Source: Candidatus Poribacteria bacterium
GTDB taxonomy: Bacteria; Poribacteria; WGA-4E; PCPOR2b
Length of the DNA stretch: 64,000 nucleotides
Reading direction: 5' to 3'
Assembly: GCA_965215015.1 (NCBI GenBank)
Contig: OZ244042.1
Span: 2,176,001-2,240,000 of the forward strand
Shown in pieces: positions 1-10,594 of this stretch (within the stretch, counting starts at the first letter, position 1; every line of letters starts with the position of its first letter). The position numbers and the translations under genes are program-made. A model generated the notes under the pieces. It was given only the letters and a program-made list of their open reading frames with translations, was not told the DNA's origin and did not search any database.

Positions 1-1083
1 GTAAACACTCCCGATAGTGATAACTTCCGTTTGTCCGGTAAATATCCTAATGCAAAAATGGGGAAAAAGAAATAATAGGCTTCCAAGTGCAGCCATGAGC
101 ACCGTTGCCAATCCTCCGGCAAGATTGGCAGATTTTTCTGCCCTGTCAATCTGACCGGCTCCGATATTCTGGCCCGTCATTGGGGCGACAGCGTTTGCGA
201 ATCCGAAACCCAGGTGCATTACGAGGATGCGGAGACGCATACAGATGGCGTAGGCAGACACAGCGTTCGTTCCATAAATCGCTACAACTCGAATAAATCC
301 CAACCGGGAGGCGTGTCTCAGAAATCCTTGCATCGAGCTAAAAATTCCAAGGCGCAGAATTTGCCCCATTGCTGACAGGTCAATGCGACGCTTAACATGC
401 TTTAGTGAGATAGCGCTGCGCCCGATGAAGCAGAAGTAAAGAAAAATCACAACCCCAGCACTCCTGCCAATCACGCTTGCATACGCGGAGCCCGCGACTC
501 CTAGACGCGGGAATTTCCAAATGCCAAATATGAGTAAAGGATCCAGAGCGATGTTTAGGACCGTTGAAACAATCATGATCACCATCGGTGTCATTGAATC
601 CCCGCCCGCTCTGAAAAGGGAACCTAACGTCATCGACATGAACATCATGATACCACCAAGCAGTGTGATACGCAAGTAAGGTACGCCCAATCGTACCACT
701 TCTTCCTCTGCTCCGAGTAACCTTAAGCCAATTTCAGCCAGTGGAAAGCCTATACACGCAATTGCAAGGGGGCATACAACGCTCAAAATGAGTGCCTGCA
801 TCGCGATATTCTCCCCTCGCTCTCTCTGTTGTGCACCGATTGACTGAGAGACCAAAACGACCGTTCCCATGGAGATACCGAGTGAAAGCACACTAATCAA
901 CCGCTGAAGATTCGAGCTCATATCAACGGCGGCAATCGCTGCGGCTCCCAATTTCCCAACGAAGATCATATCAACTACACTGAAAGAATCCTGCAAAATA
1001 TTGCTGAGAGCAATGGGCCAAGCGAGATGTACAAGGTTCTTGAAAATACTTCCTTGGGTCAAGTCATGCTTCGATTTCTTCAT
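1..1083 (-). CDS. MATE family efflux transporter (3' end outside the window)
   Basis: Manual translation from ATG 1083: MKKSKHDLTQGSIFKNLVHLAWPIALSNILQDSFSVVDMIFVGKLGAAAIAAV..., a typical MATE N-terminus. Later RAGGDSMTPM and NIALDPLLIFG motifs. Runs off the window edge. Confidence 0.9.
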   Translation of the reverse strand, partial: MKKSKHDLTQGSIFKNLVHLAWPIALSNILQDSFSVVDMIFVGKLGAAAIAAVDMSSNLQRLISVLSLGISMGTVVLVSQSIGAQQRERGENIAMQALILSVVCPLAIACIGFPLAEIGLRLLGAEEEVVRLGVPYLRITLLGGIMMFMSMTLGSLFRAGGDSMTPMVIMIVSTVLNIALDPLLIFGIWKFPRLGVAGSAYASVIGRSAGVVIFLYFCFIGRSAISLKHVKRRIDLSAMGQILRLGIFSSMQGFLRHASRLGFIRVVAIYGTNAVSAYAICMRLRILVMHLGFGFANAVAPMTGQNIGAGQIDRAEKSANLAGGLATVLMAALGSLLFLFPHFCIRIFTGQTEVITIGSVY

Positions 1084-1535
1084 AGCTGGGGCTGTCTCTC
1101 CGGTGTGTTGATGCGCTTTCGACGACTCAAATCTCCCTTTGTTTAGCAATTTTCATCGAATACACGAAAATATCTTTCCTTCATTTTCTTAATTTCTGGG
1201 GCAATTCCACTCTCATAACTTAGATTGACAGATGCAAACTAAAACCGATACATTTGCCAATTCGTTAGAATTGTATCAATTGTTCTTGTTCTTATTGTGC
1301 CATATCTTCACAAAATTCGGCAAGAATTATCCGTTTGAAGCTCGATTGATAATTTTCAAAAAAAAACTAGGTTCTGTTGACATTCGATAAATTGAGCCGA
1401 TCTCCGTGCTTATGAGCACCCCTCCTAGAACATTGCGCTATGGAATACCAGATACTGCTGAGCCACACGATTGGATCCATCCGCCCGGAACATTGCGTTA
1501 TAGCGAAATTATATGAAAAAATCATTGAAAAACTA

Positions 1536-1564
1536 TTGACAGATTATTAATAATCGTTTATGGT
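1536..1564 (+). promoter_or_regulatory. Sigma70-type promoter of nrdR-nrdJ
   Basis: TTGACA (1536), 17-bp spacer, TATGGT (1559). Confidence 0.6.
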
Positions 1565-1574
1565 ATTAACCCCT

Positions 1575-1621
1575 ATCGCACATATTGTATGGGAAAAGAA
1601 ATTATACACAATACATTGGTG
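1575..1621 (+). promoter_or_regulatory. Tandem NrdR boxes
   Basis: ATCGCACATATTGTAT (1575) and ACACAATACATTGGTG (1606) resemble the consensus acaCwAtATaTwGtgt. They are 31 bp apart, between the promoter and the nrdR start. Confidence 0.7.
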
Positions 1622-1625
1622 TTCT

Positions 1626-2081
1626 ATGAAATGTCCATACTGCAATGGTTCAAGCATAAGAGTCATCGACAAACGGGATACTGATGGAGGGACTGCCATC
1701 CGTAGACGCCGAGTGTGTCTCAATTGCTCAAAGCGGTTTACAACCTATGAGCGGGCTGAAGTATTAGATCTTTTCATTATTAAGAAGGACCAGCGCCGCG
1801 AAGCTTTTAATCGACAAAAGCTAAGGCGCAATATCATGAAGGCGTGTGAAAAACGCTTGATTAGTCAAGAAACTATCGATCGCTTGATTGGGGAGGTCGA
1901 ACAAAAACTCATCAGTATGCACAAATCCGAAATCGAAAGCCATATTATTGGTGAAATTGTTATGGACGCTCTCAAAAATTTGGATAGTGTCGCATATATT
2001 CGATTCGCTTCTGTTTACCGTGATTTCAAGGATGCGGCAGATTTTGAAAACGAGCTCCGCCAATTGGCACCCGATGATTAG
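1626..2081 (+). CDS. nrdR: Transcriptional repressor NrdR
   Basis: MKCPYC...IRRRRVCLNCSKRFTTYE zinc ribbon, ATP-cone and AYIRFASVYRDF. Start placed at ATG 1626 rather than 1560. Confidence 0.97.
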   Translation: MKCPYCNGSSIRVIDKRDTDGGTAIRRRRVCLNCSKRFTTYERAEVLDLFIIKKDQRREAFNRQKLRRNIMKACEKRLISQETIDRLIGEVEQKLISMHKSEIESHIIGEIVMDALKNLDSVAYIRFASVYRDFKDAADFENELRQLAPDD

Positions 2082-2202
2082 ATTAATGAAACCGAGGGTT
2101 CAGAGAGAACGTCAAACTAAGGGGTGTTATAAACGAATTACAGGTAGGTCTCTTAGGTCTCTGAATCCACTATAGAAAGGAATCAAAAAGAAAGGAGTCA
2201 AA

Positions 2203-5200
2203 ATGTCCCAAACCAAAGATTTTGGTGTTAAGCAGGATTCGATCGCCACCGCGCCATCGGATGAAACTGCTGACATCAAACCCTCTTCTCTTCTTGAGGA
2301 AACTACACAAAAACGGGGCTTGAAAATCGATCGACGGTATACCACGTCCGATGTGCATCCATTCGATGCAATTGGGTGGGAACCTCGGAGTTCGGTAATC
2401 TATAATGAAAAAGGCGAAGTCATCTTCGAGAAAAAAGCGGTCGAGGTCCCGTCAAACTGGTCGCAATTAGCAGCGGATATTGCGGTGTCCAAATATTTCC
2501 GTAAAGCAGGAGTACCTAAAATGGAGAGCGAAACAAGCGTTCGTCAACTCATCCAACGCGTCGCTCATACCATCCGCCACGCAGGTGAAACACTTGGCGG
2601 TTACTTCGCTACACCAAGCGATGCCGAGTCCTTTGAAATGGAACTGACAGATCTGCTCGTCGCGCAACGCGGTGCATTTAATTCGCCAGTCTGGTTTAAC
2701 TGCGGCCTGTATCATCAGTATGGGATTGTTGGAGGAACAGGTAATTGGTATTGGGATTTTGAAAAAAACAGTGTGGCCCAGACACAAAATAACTACGACC
2801 ACCCGCAATGCAGCGCGTGCTTTATCCAATCTATTGAAGATGACCTGATGTCGCTTTTCGAGTTGGTCAAAAATGAGGCGCGTGTCTTTAAGTACGGTTC
2901 GGGGACTGGAACGAATTTTTCCAAGATTCGAGGGCGGCAAGAAAAACTCTCCGGCGGCGGCACGAGCAGTGGATTGATGTCTTTTCTCGAGGTTTTTGAC
3001 CGCGGGGCAGGGGCGACCAAATCTGGAGGGACTACCCGGCGCGCGGCAAAGATGGTATGCCTCGATATGGATCATCCAGAAATCATTGATTTCATCAACT
3101 GGAAGGTAAATGAGGAAAAAAAGGTGGCCGCGCTCGTCGCCGCTGGTTATTCCTCTGACTTCAATGGGGAGGCGTATAAGACTGTTTCCGGGCAAAACTC
3201 AAATAACTCTGTCCGACTTACGGACGAATTTATGAATGCCTATCTGCGTGGGGACAAATGGCATACGAGGTTCCGTACAACGGGCGAAATCTGTGAAACA
3301 TTTGAAACCAAAGATCTCATGCGTCAAATCTCCGAAGCCGCTTGGGCTTGCGCGGATCCAGGTGTACAGTTTGACACGACGATTAACAACTGGCATACCT
3401 GCGCGAATACCGATCGAATTTATAGTAGTAATCCATGTTCAGAATATATGTTCCTTGACGGCACCGCATGTAATCTCGCTTCTATCAATCTGCTCAAATT
3501 CGTCGATGAAGATGGAACCTTCGATGTGGACGGGTTCAAGCATGCCTGCCGAATCTTCTTCATCGGTCAGGAAATTCTTATTGATTTCTCCTCCTATCCG
3601 ACCCGCCCCATTGCTCAAAACAGCCACGACTATCGACCGATCGGATTGGGATATGCGAATCTGGGGACTTTGTTGATGATCAATGGTATCCCTTACGATA
3701 GCGAACAGGGGTATGCCATCGCCGGCGCGCTTACGGCGATTCTCTGTGGTGAGGCATATCGGACATCCGCTGAGATGGCTGCAATCAAAGGTCCCTTCCC
3801 CGGATTCGATAAGAACCGCGAGCCGATGCTGCATGTGATGAATAAACATCGTGCCGCAGCCTATGACTTGAACCTGAATGTCTGCCCACCTTACCTTTTG
3901 AAGGCGGCACAACAAACATGGGATGATGCAGTTGAGATGGGTGAACGGTATGGCTATCGGAATGCACAAGCGACAGTGTTAGCACCTACCGGGACCATAG
4001 GGCTGCTGATGGAATGCGACACGACTGGTGTTGAACCCGAATTCGCGCTTGTGAAATTCAAGAAGTTGGCGGGCGGCGGTTACTTTAAGATTATCAACCA
4101 ATCCGTGCCCCGTGCGTTGAAAAAGCTCGGTTATACGGACGAAGAGATTGACGCCATCGTGACTTATGTGCAGGGTACTTCCTCGCTGATCGGTTCCTCC
4201 TATATTAATAATATTTCACTTAAACAAAAGGGTTTGACTGACGAGGAGATCGGTCAGATTGAAGCGACGTTACCCTCCGTCTTTGAATTAACGCATGCGT
4301 TTAACGCCTACACCGTCGGAGAGGAAGGGATGGAACGTCTCGGATTTGGTCCGGAGCAATATAACGCGCAGGATTTTAATCTCTTGAGTAAATTGGGATT
4401 TACTCAACAGCAAATTGAAGAAGCAAACAACATAATTTGTGGTATGATGACCATTGAAGGTGCACCGCATCTGAAAGCGGAACATCTACCCGTCTTTGAT
4501 TGTGCCAACAAATGTGGGAAGTACGGTCAGCGTTATATTGAGCCGATGGCGCATGTTCGCATGGTCGCCGCGACGCAGCCATTCCTGAGTGGGTCGATAT
4601 CCAAAACCATCAACATGCCCCACGAAACAACAGTTGAAGAGGTCGAAAACCTTTACGTTGAGGCATGGAAACTGGGATTGAAAGCGGTAGCACTCTATCG
4701 GGATGGATCGAAATTGTCCCAACCTCTCAGCACAACAAGAGCAGAAGCGGCGGAGGAGGAATCGGAGGCTCGGCCAATCCGCCGCCGTCTGCCCAACGAA
4801 CGTAATTCCATTACCCACAAATTCAGCATTGCGGGTCATGAAGGCTACATCACCGTTGGATTTTACGAAGATGGCAGCCCCGGCGAGGTGTTTCTCAAAA
4901 TGTCGAAGGAAGGCTCAGTCATCTCCGGATTGATGGATACTATCGCGACAATGACCTCTATCTCCTTACAATACGGCGTTCCGTTGGAGTCGCTGGTCAG
5001 TAAGTTCAGCCATGTCCGATTTGAGCCTGAGGGATTCACCAATAATAAGGATATCCCGATAGCTAAATCAATCATTGACTATGTATTCCGCTGGCTGGGA
5101 CTGAAATTCTTGCCTCAAAGTGAAAGTGAAATGCTTGCCGAGGGAGACGGAAGCCTCGGTGATCAACTTGCCCAACCACAGCAGCTGCACCCTTATGGGG

Positions 5201-5367
5201 AGGACATCAATCAGGAAGAAACCGCCCAAAGACTGGAAGCACGCGAGAAACGGGTCGCAGCGATGCAGTCAGATGCCCCTCCTTGCCACGATTGCGGGAC
5301 CATCATGGTGCGAAACGGCACCTGTTATCGCTGTCTGAATTGCGGCGCGACGAGTGGGTGTTCGTAG
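2203..5367 (+). CDS. nrdJ: Class II (adenosylcobalamin-dependent) ribonucleotide reductase
   Basis: FNSPVWFN, PQCSACFI, SNPCSEY, APTGTIG motifs, a TSCPD-like C-terminal domain and a terminal CLNCGATSGCS. Confidence 0.96.
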   Translation: MSQTKDFGVKQDSIATAPSDETADIKPSSLLEETTQKRGLKIDRRYTTSDVHPFDAIGWEPRSSVIYNEKGEVIFEKKAVEVPSNWSQLAADIAVSKYFRKAGVPKMESETSVRQLIQRVAHTIRHAGETLGGYFATPSDAESFEMELTDLLVAQRGAFNSPVWFNCGLYHQYGIVGGTGNWYWDFEKNSVAQTQNNYDHPQCSACFIQSIEDDLMSLFELVKNEARVFKYGSGTGTNFSKIRGRQEKLSGGGTSSGLMSFLEVFDRGAGATKSGGTTRRAAKMVCLDMDHPEIIDFINWKVNEEKKVAALVAAGYSSDFNGEAYKTVSGQNSNNSVRLTDEFMNAYLRGDKWHTRFRTTGEICETFETKDLMRQISEAAWACADPGVQFDTTINNWHTCANTDRIYSSNPCSEYMFLDGTACNLASINLLKFVDEDGTFDVDGFKHACRIFFIGQEILIDFSSYPTRPIAQNSHDYRPIGLGYANLGTLLMINGIPYDSEQGYAIAGALTAILCGEAYRTSAEMAAIKGPFPGFDKNREPMLHVMNKHRAAAYDLNLNVCPPYLLKAAQQTWDDAVEMGERYGYRNAQATVLAPTGTIGLLMECDTTGVEPEFALVKFKKLAGGGYFKIINQSVPRALKKLGYTDEEIDAIVTYVQGTSSLIGSSYINNISLKQKGLTDEEIGQIEATLPSVFELTHAFNAYTVGEEGMERLGFGPEQYNAQDFNLLSKLGFTQQQIEEANNIICGMMTIEGAPHLKAEHLPVFDCANKCGKYGQRYIEPMAHVRMVAATQPFLSGSISKTINMPHETTVEEVENLYVEAWKLGLKAVALYRDGSKLSQPLSTTRAEAAEEESEARPIRRRLPNERNSITHKFSIAGHEGYITVGFYEDGSPGEVFLKMSKEGSVISGLMDTIATMTSISLQYGVPLESLVSKFSHVRFEPEGFTNNKDIPIAKSIIDYVFRWLGLKFLPQSESEMLAEGDGSLGDQLAQPQQLHPYGEDINQEETAQRLEAREKRVAAMQSDAPPCHDCGTIMVRNGTCYRCLNCGATSGCS

Positions 5368-5456
5368 GACTGAAACATGGAAAGGGTGAACTCAACAATC
5401 AGAAATATCGTTGAAAAAGCGTATAAAAAAGAAACCAACAAGTGCGGGACCCAAGG

Positions 5457-6209
5457 ATGAAAACTGAGACCTTCACCCGTTTTGCCTCCAAGTCCGAAAA
5501 TTACGCAAAGCACCGTCCTGATTACGCCCCCGAAGCAATTCAAGCAATAATTGAACATACAAAGCTAATACCGGCATCCGTGATTGCAGACATCGGTGCA
5601 GGAACAGGCATTGTGGCCCGGCATTTCGTCGAAAGTGGTAACTCCGTCTACGCTGTTGAACCGAATCCAGAAATGCGGCAGAGGGCAGAGATTGAACTTG
5701 GAAAGCGTCCAAATTTTCATAGCGTAAATGGGAATTCGGAGGGGACGACGCTGCAGGAGGCAAGCATTGACTTGATTACAGTCGGGCAAGCAATCCGGTG
5801 GTTTGATCCAGAGCCAAGCAAGCAGGAGTTTCTACGAATCCTGAAACCCAATGGCTGGTTTTCCATTCTCCAGCATTCACGGTGTCGTGATAACCTGACT
5901 CAAGCAATCAGCCAAGTATGTAGTGCCCAAAATGGATGGCAACGTTCCAATGCTCCTAAAGGTCCTCTTTATGAATGGTGGTTTGGTGAAGACGGTCGGT
6001 TCCTATATCTTCAATTTCCGAACCCACGCACTTTTGATCTAGAGAATTTGATCGGATTGGAATTATCCAACTCACATGCACCTGACGAAAGCCACCCTGC
6101 CCATCCTGCTTTTGTTGATGCCTTGCATAGCGTGTTTGAGAGTTTTCAGGATGGGGGCACGATTACAATGAACTTCACGACCCATCTCTATGTAGGGTTG
6201 ATAAGCTGA
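5457..6209 (+). CDS. Class I SAM-dependent methyltransferase
   Basis: YAKHRPDY, IADIGAGTG, VEPN and DLITVGQA motifs. Confidence 0.9.
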   Translation: MKTETFTRFASKSENYAKHRPDYAPEAIQAIIEHTKLIPASVIADIGAGTGIVARHFVESGNSVYAVEPNPEMRQRAEIELGKRPNFHSVNGNSEGTTLQEASIDLITVGQAIRWFDPEPSKQEFLRILKPNGWFSILQHSRCRDNLTQAISQVCSAQNGWQRSNAPKGPLYEWWFGEDGRFLYLQFPNPRTFDLENLIGLELSNSHAPDESHPAHPAFVDALHSVFESFQDGGTITMNFTTHLYVGLIS

Positions 6210-6305
6210 AGCTAGAGATTCAGATGCAATCGCTCTTGTTTTGACGGTCATTTGACTCAAACCTATACTAAATCCAAATGCTACAGAGATTGCTTCGTAG
6301 TCCAA

Positions 6306-7208
6306 TCACCCGTAGATCACGCGTAGAAGATTGAAGCCGATTACCCCCGCCACAATCAAAACGATGAACGCAAAGCAGAAGCGGACTGAATCCCCCTGTA
6401 TTCTTTGATTAACGATTGCTCCAATTTGTGCACAGATTGTGGACCCGACCAGCAAAAACACAACCAGCCATAAATTGACATTGCCCCGCATTGCATGGAT
6501 AGCAGTCCCATAAACAGCAGAAAAAAATACGATGAGCGAAACCGTGCCAACTGCTGTGTGCGTTTCAACGCCATATCCGTAGATTAGCAGCGGCACGAAG
6601 AGGACGCCGCCGCCAATCCCAAGCAACCCTGTGAAAACACCGATGACGAGTGCTGAGTAAACAACGGCCGGGAGCGAAATTTGGGGCACTCCGCTGTTGG
6701 GAAGGGAAACATAAGGTGGGATACGGAGGCCTTGAAGTAAGCCGTGCGGTTGCCTGTGATCGTTTTTCCTTCTGCGAATCAGTGATTCTATGAGAATCAA
6801 TCCTGAAACGGTGATAAGCACTCCGAAGAAGAGCCATTGTAGGTAAAATTGAAGTGCTGGAATTGATTGCTTGCTCACATTGATTGGTCCCAACCTATCC
6901 AGCCAGTCGAGCAGATATACTCCAAGCTCGATGCCGACAAAATTACCCCCCACAATCATCAATGCCAGTTTTGCATCAATGTCACCGAACTTCCAATACC
7001 GCAATACCGTAGAGAAAGTGGTGCCGGCCGTCCGAGAAAGCGTGCTCCCGATGCAGATTGGGAAGGGGATGCCAAATAAGATATTAAGGACCGGGGTGAT
7101 TAGCGGACCGCCGCCGATTCCAAAGAAACCTGACAAGAAACCGCTGATACACCCTAAACTAATCAACCCCAAGATATTAACAGGTATGCCACTGATATCG
7201 ACGTTCAT
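6306..7208 (-). CDS. Sulfite exporter TauE/SafE family membrane protein
   Basis: Duplicated GFLSGFFGIGGG / GVFTGLLGIGGG motifs; multi-pass hydrophobic protein. Confidence 0.9.
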   Translation of the reverse strand: MNVDISGIPVNILGLISLGCISGFLSGFFGIGGGPLITPVLNILFGIPFPICIGSTLSRTAGTTFSTVLRYWKFGDIDAKLALMIVGGNFVGIELGVYLLDWLDRLGPINVSKQSIPALQFYLQWLFFGVLITVSGLILIESLIRRRKNDHRQPHGLLQGLRIPPYVSLPNSGVPQISLPAVVYSALVIGVFTGLLGIGGGVLFVPLLIYGYGVETHTAVGTVSLIVFFSAVYGTAIHAMRGNVNLWLVVFLLVGSTICAQIGAIVNQRIQGDSVRFCFAFIVLIVAGVIGFNLLRVIYG

Positions 7209-7222
7209 CTAGCGTTATGGAC

Positions 7223-7363
7223 TCAAATGTGATAATCGATTCTAGGGTTGGGGGGAGTTGAACGACCAGTACGACGACCTAGAAGGACAAAGATCCAGTG
7301 AATAAGCCCGCCCCAACCAATCGGGAAGAGTAAACAGATTAGAACGTTAAAAATGACTTCCAT
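7223..7363 (-). CDS. Small 46-aa membrane peptide upstream of the TauE gene (not in ORF track)
   Basis: GGAG RBS, then MEVIFNVLICLLFPIGWGGLIHWIFVLLGRRTGRSTPPNPRIDYHI*. Ends 14 bp before the TauE start. Confidence 0.65.
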   Translation of the reverse strand: MEVIFNVLICLLFPIGWGGLIHWIFVLLGRRTGRSTPPNPRIDYHI

Positions 7364-7537
7364 GCACGACTCCAATTCGATGCAATATCAAAATCTGCTC
7401 GTAACGCCCAGTAGAAGTAGGGGTAATTTCTTGTTTGCCCCTCACGGATAGGCACCTACCCCTGACAACTTGAGAGCTCTAGACCTCTATCAGTAGAGAC
7501 ATTAGGGACTTACGCCATCGTGTACTCATACATTGCA

Positions 7538-7566
7538 AGTATAGACTAAAGTTGTGGTATTGTCAA
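7538..7566 (-). promoter_or_regulatory. Sigma70-type promoter for the small ORF/TauE operon
   Basis: Minus strand TTGACA, 17-bp spacer, TATACT. Confidence 0.65.
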
Positions 7567-7594
7567 AGGGAAAAATTGATCGAAGTCTTTTTGC

Positions 7595-7623
7595 TTGCAT
7601 TTCCCATAGGGGTGTGCTACAAT
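7595..7623 (+). promoter_or_regulatory. Sigma70-type promoter for the EF-G gene (divergent)
   Basis: TTGCAT, 17-bp spacer, TACAAT with an extended -10 TG. Confidence 0.55.
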
Positions 7624-7726
7624 CACCAACGTGAAATGTAAAGGGCGTTCCTCTCACGTTTCATACATCACGTTGCGTATTTCTATGATGTTTGTGGTTA
7701 AACTGAGACCGTAAGGAGTTTTCTTG

Positions 7727-9796
7727 ATGAAGGAATATCAGACGGAACAGATTCGGAATATCGGCATTATTGGGCATTCGGGAACAGGCAAGACTTCACT
7801 CATCGAAGCGATACTCTATAATGGGGGCGCAATCGAGCGAATGGGACAAGTTGATAATGGGAGTTCAGTTTCAGATTATGCTCCAGATGAGATTGAACGC
7901 AAAATGACCATTAACTGTTCTGTGTGTGTCGCTGAGTGGAAAGGGCACAAGTTTAACATTATTGATACGCCCGGTGCCGAGGATTTCTATGGAGATCTCG
8001 AGAGCGTACTGCGGGTAGTAGATGCCGTTATTGTAGTGATTGATGCAACAACCGGTGTTGAAGGGGGGACGGAGAAAGTATGGGAAGCGGCTGATAGATA
8101 TGGACTCCCACGGATAATCTTTATCAACAAAATGGATAAAGAGAATGCCAGTTTTGAAAATGCGCTCGCGAGCGTTGATGAGATTCTTGAAGCCCAAACA
8201 ACTGCGACACAAGTGCCAATTGGTAAAGAAACTGACTTTAAAGGCGTCATCGATCTCATCCAGATGGGAGCGTTCACAGAACCGCAGGATAATAGACCTT
8301 CAGCAAAATCAGATGTTCCTTCCGAACTTGAAGCGCAGGTGGAAGAGATGCGGGAGCAGCTTGTTGAGGTTGCAGCAGAAAGCGACGATGAGTTGATTGA
8401 AAAGTTCTTTGAAGGTGAACTCACCGACGAGGAAATTGGTACTGGACTTCGTACGGGATTATGTGCCAATCAGTTCGTACCCGTACTCTGTGGTGATGCC
8501 CTGCGAAATATTGGCGTTCAACCCCTGATGGACATAGTCACCAACTGCTGCCCATCTCCGGTTGATGCCAGACCGATTACAGCAATTGACGGCGAAACAA
8601 CCTATGAGGCCTCCCCGGACTCGCCATTGGCGGCGTTGGTGTTTAAGACGTTGGCAGATCCGTTCGCTGGACGACTGAGCTTCTTCCGGGTTTATTCTGG
8701 CGTCTTAAATAGCGATTCTCAGGTTTACAACGCGACGAAAGGTGAGAATGAACGAATCGGCAAGCTCGCATTCATGAATGGGAAAACCGCTACTAACGTG
8801 CTCCAAGTATCCGCAGGCGATATCGGAGTTGTTTCTAAACTGACGCTTGCACAAACAGACGACACATTTTGCGACGTAGGAAGTTCGTTCCAACTTCCCG
8901 GCTGCGAATTCCCTAAGCCTGTTATCTCGTTCGCCATTAAGCCTGCACGAGAAGGGGATGATGAGAAACTGAGTTCGACCCTCTCCCGGATGATGGAAGA
9001 AGACCCATCATTCCAGATCGAACGGAATAGCACAACGAAACAGTTGCTGGTCTCCGGGCTTGGCGAGATACATCTCACCGTCATACGCAATCGAATGCGC
9101 GACAAGTTTGGCATCGAAACTGAAGTCGAAATACCGAAGGTCGCCTACCAGGAAACGATTCGTGGTAGGGCGAACGGTATTCAAGCGAGGTATAAACGTC
9201 AGTCTGGCGGGCGCGGGCAATTCGGGGAGGTCTGGATAAACCTGTCCCCACTCCAACGAGGTAGCGGATTTGAATTTGTCAACAAGATTGTGGGGGGCTC
9301 GATTCCGCGTAATTATATCCCCGCGGTTGAGAAAGGCATCCGTGAGTCGATGGCTCAAGGTCTGATTGCCGGGTATCCCTTCGTTGACGCTCAAGTGGAG
9401 CTCTACGACGGTAAGCATCACCCTGTTGATTCCTCTGATATGGCTTTTCAGATTGCTGGTTCTTTTGCGTTTCGAGACGCAGCAAACCAATCCAATCCAG
9501 TGCTGCTTGAGCCAATCATGAACGTCACAATCTCTGTTCCAGAACAGTTCATGGGGGATATTATCGGCGACCTCAATAGCAAACGGGGCCGAATCATGGG
9601 GGTTGAACAGGCGGGCAAACGGCAGGTCATTCAAGCGACCGTCCCGTTGGCAGAAATGTTCCGGTATTCGATAGACCTTAAATCAATTACGAGTGCGCGG
9701 GGCAGCTTCACGATGGAGTTTTCAAATTACGAGGAGATGCCGGATGAACTAGCCCAAAAGGTAATTGCTGAAGCAAAATCAGAGGCGGAAGAGTAA
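7727..9796 (+). CDS. fusA: Elongation factor G paralog (EF-G2-like, outside the str operon)
   Basis: GHSGTGKT, DTPG, NKMD, RQSGGRGQFG and HPVDSSDMAF motifs. G2 reads RKMTI instead of RGITI. No rpsL/rpsG neighbours. AAGGAG RBS. Confidence 0.9.
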   Translation: MKEYQTEQIRNIGIIGHSGTGKTSLIEAILYNGGAIERMGQVDNGSSVSDYAPDEIERKMTINCSVCVAEWKGHKFNIIDTPGAEDFYGDLESVLRVVDAVIVVIDATTGVEGGTEKVWEAADRYGLPRIIFINKMDKENASFENALASVDEILEAQTTATQVPIGKETDFKGVIDLIQMGAFTEPQDNRPSAKSDVPSELEAQVEEMREQLVEVAAESDDELIEKFFEGELTDEEIGTGLRTGLCANQFVPVLCGDALRNIGVQPLMDIVTNCCPSPVDARPITAIDGETTYEASPDSPLAALVFKTLADPFAGRLSFFRVYSGVLNSDSQVYNATKGENERIGKLAFMNGKTATNVLQVSAGDIGVVSKLTLAQTDDTFCDVGSSFQLPGCEFPKPVISFAIKPAREGDDEKLSSTLSRMMEEDPSFQIERNSTTKQLLVSGLGEIHLTVIRNRMRDKFGIETEVEIPKVAYQETIRGRANGIQARYKRQSGGRGQFGEVWINLSPLQRGSGFEFVNKIVGGSIPRNYIPAVEKGIRESMAQGLIAGYPFVDAQVELYDGKHHPVDSSDMAFQIAGSFAFRDAANQSNPVLLEPIMNVTISVPEQFMGDIIGDLNSKRGRIMGVEQAGKRQVIQATVPLAEMFRYSIDLKSITSARGSFTMEFSNYEEMPDELAQKVIAEAKSEAEE

Positions 9797-9886
9797 AAGG
9801 TCGTAACTCAACTATCGCTCTACGAAGCATACCACTATTCCGCGGTCCACCTTAGAAGCAGGTAAGGAAAGTTAGAGGAAGCTTTT

Positions 9887-10594
9887 ATGGGCAGATATGC
9901 CTACTATTACAATCTTGCTAAAACTCATCTGGATCAAGGAGATTCTGGTCGTGCCCTCATAAACTTTACCTTAGCACAGCGACAGAATCCCAATCGTGTC
10001 GAGGCCTATTACGCTCGTGCTACGGTTCACCAGCTGAGAGGCAATCATGATCGCGCCAATGCAGATTTGACCACGGCACAGAACCTCACGAGAATTTCCT
10101 TTGCTGAGTTTGATTTAACGAAGGCCAACGAATTTGTAGAGAGCGATGCCGGATTAAGCCTTATAGAAAACCAGGACGCGAACCCTAGTGATATTCTTAT
10201 AAGGAAACTCGGCGAGATTGCCTTTGCTAAATTTCTATATGAGCATGATAAGGCATTCTTGAATGATGCCAATCAACTTCTAACATGGGATGATGTTTAT
10301 ACATCGGACAGACTGAATCTCCAGACTTGCGACGGCCAAACTGTTGATGTTAAGGCATCCAAATTCCAAAGCATAGTGGTTCCATATAATAATAAACCAA
10401 GGGATTATTACGTCGGAGTTGGAATTTCAACGGATAAGACAATAGGTACAGTGGAGGGTTTTATTCATAGAGATGGACTAAAGCCCTCTGAGTCTAACAT
10501 TCCCGATCCATGTCTTCAAAGAAAATTTGAATCACTTAAATGTATCGAAGACTTGCTTGAAATGATGCCTGAGGCAGAAAACGGTGCGAGCTAG
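9887..10594 (+). CDS. TPR repeat + PD-(D/E)XK-like domain protein; C-terminal domain paralogous to the RpoB extension
   Basis: N-terminal ~65 aa form two TPR-like repeats (AYYYNLA...NP..VEAYYARA). C-terminal [11 protein letters not shown]...[10 protein letters not shown]...DYYVGV. Confidence 0.75.
   Translation: MGRYAYYYNLAKTHLDQGDSGRALINFTLAQRQNPNRVEAYYARATVHQLRGNHDRANADLTTAQNLTRISFAEFDLTKANEFVESDAGLSLIENQDANPSDILIRKLGEIAFAKFLYEHDKAFLNDANQLLTWDDVYTSDRLNLQTCDGQTVDVKASKFQSIVVPYNNKPRDYYVGVGISTDKTIGTVEGFIHRDGLKPSESNIPDPCLQRKFESLKCIEDLLEMMPEAENGAS

Noticed and set aside
1428-1501. GAACATTGCG(C/T)TAT repeated at 60-bp spacing
   Set aside because: Only two short copies; no function can be supported.
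2467-5075. Long antisense or alternate-frame ORFs within nrdJ (similarly in fusA, smc, rpoB and rpoC)
   Set aside because: Shadow ORFs of well-supported genes with no motifs of their own.
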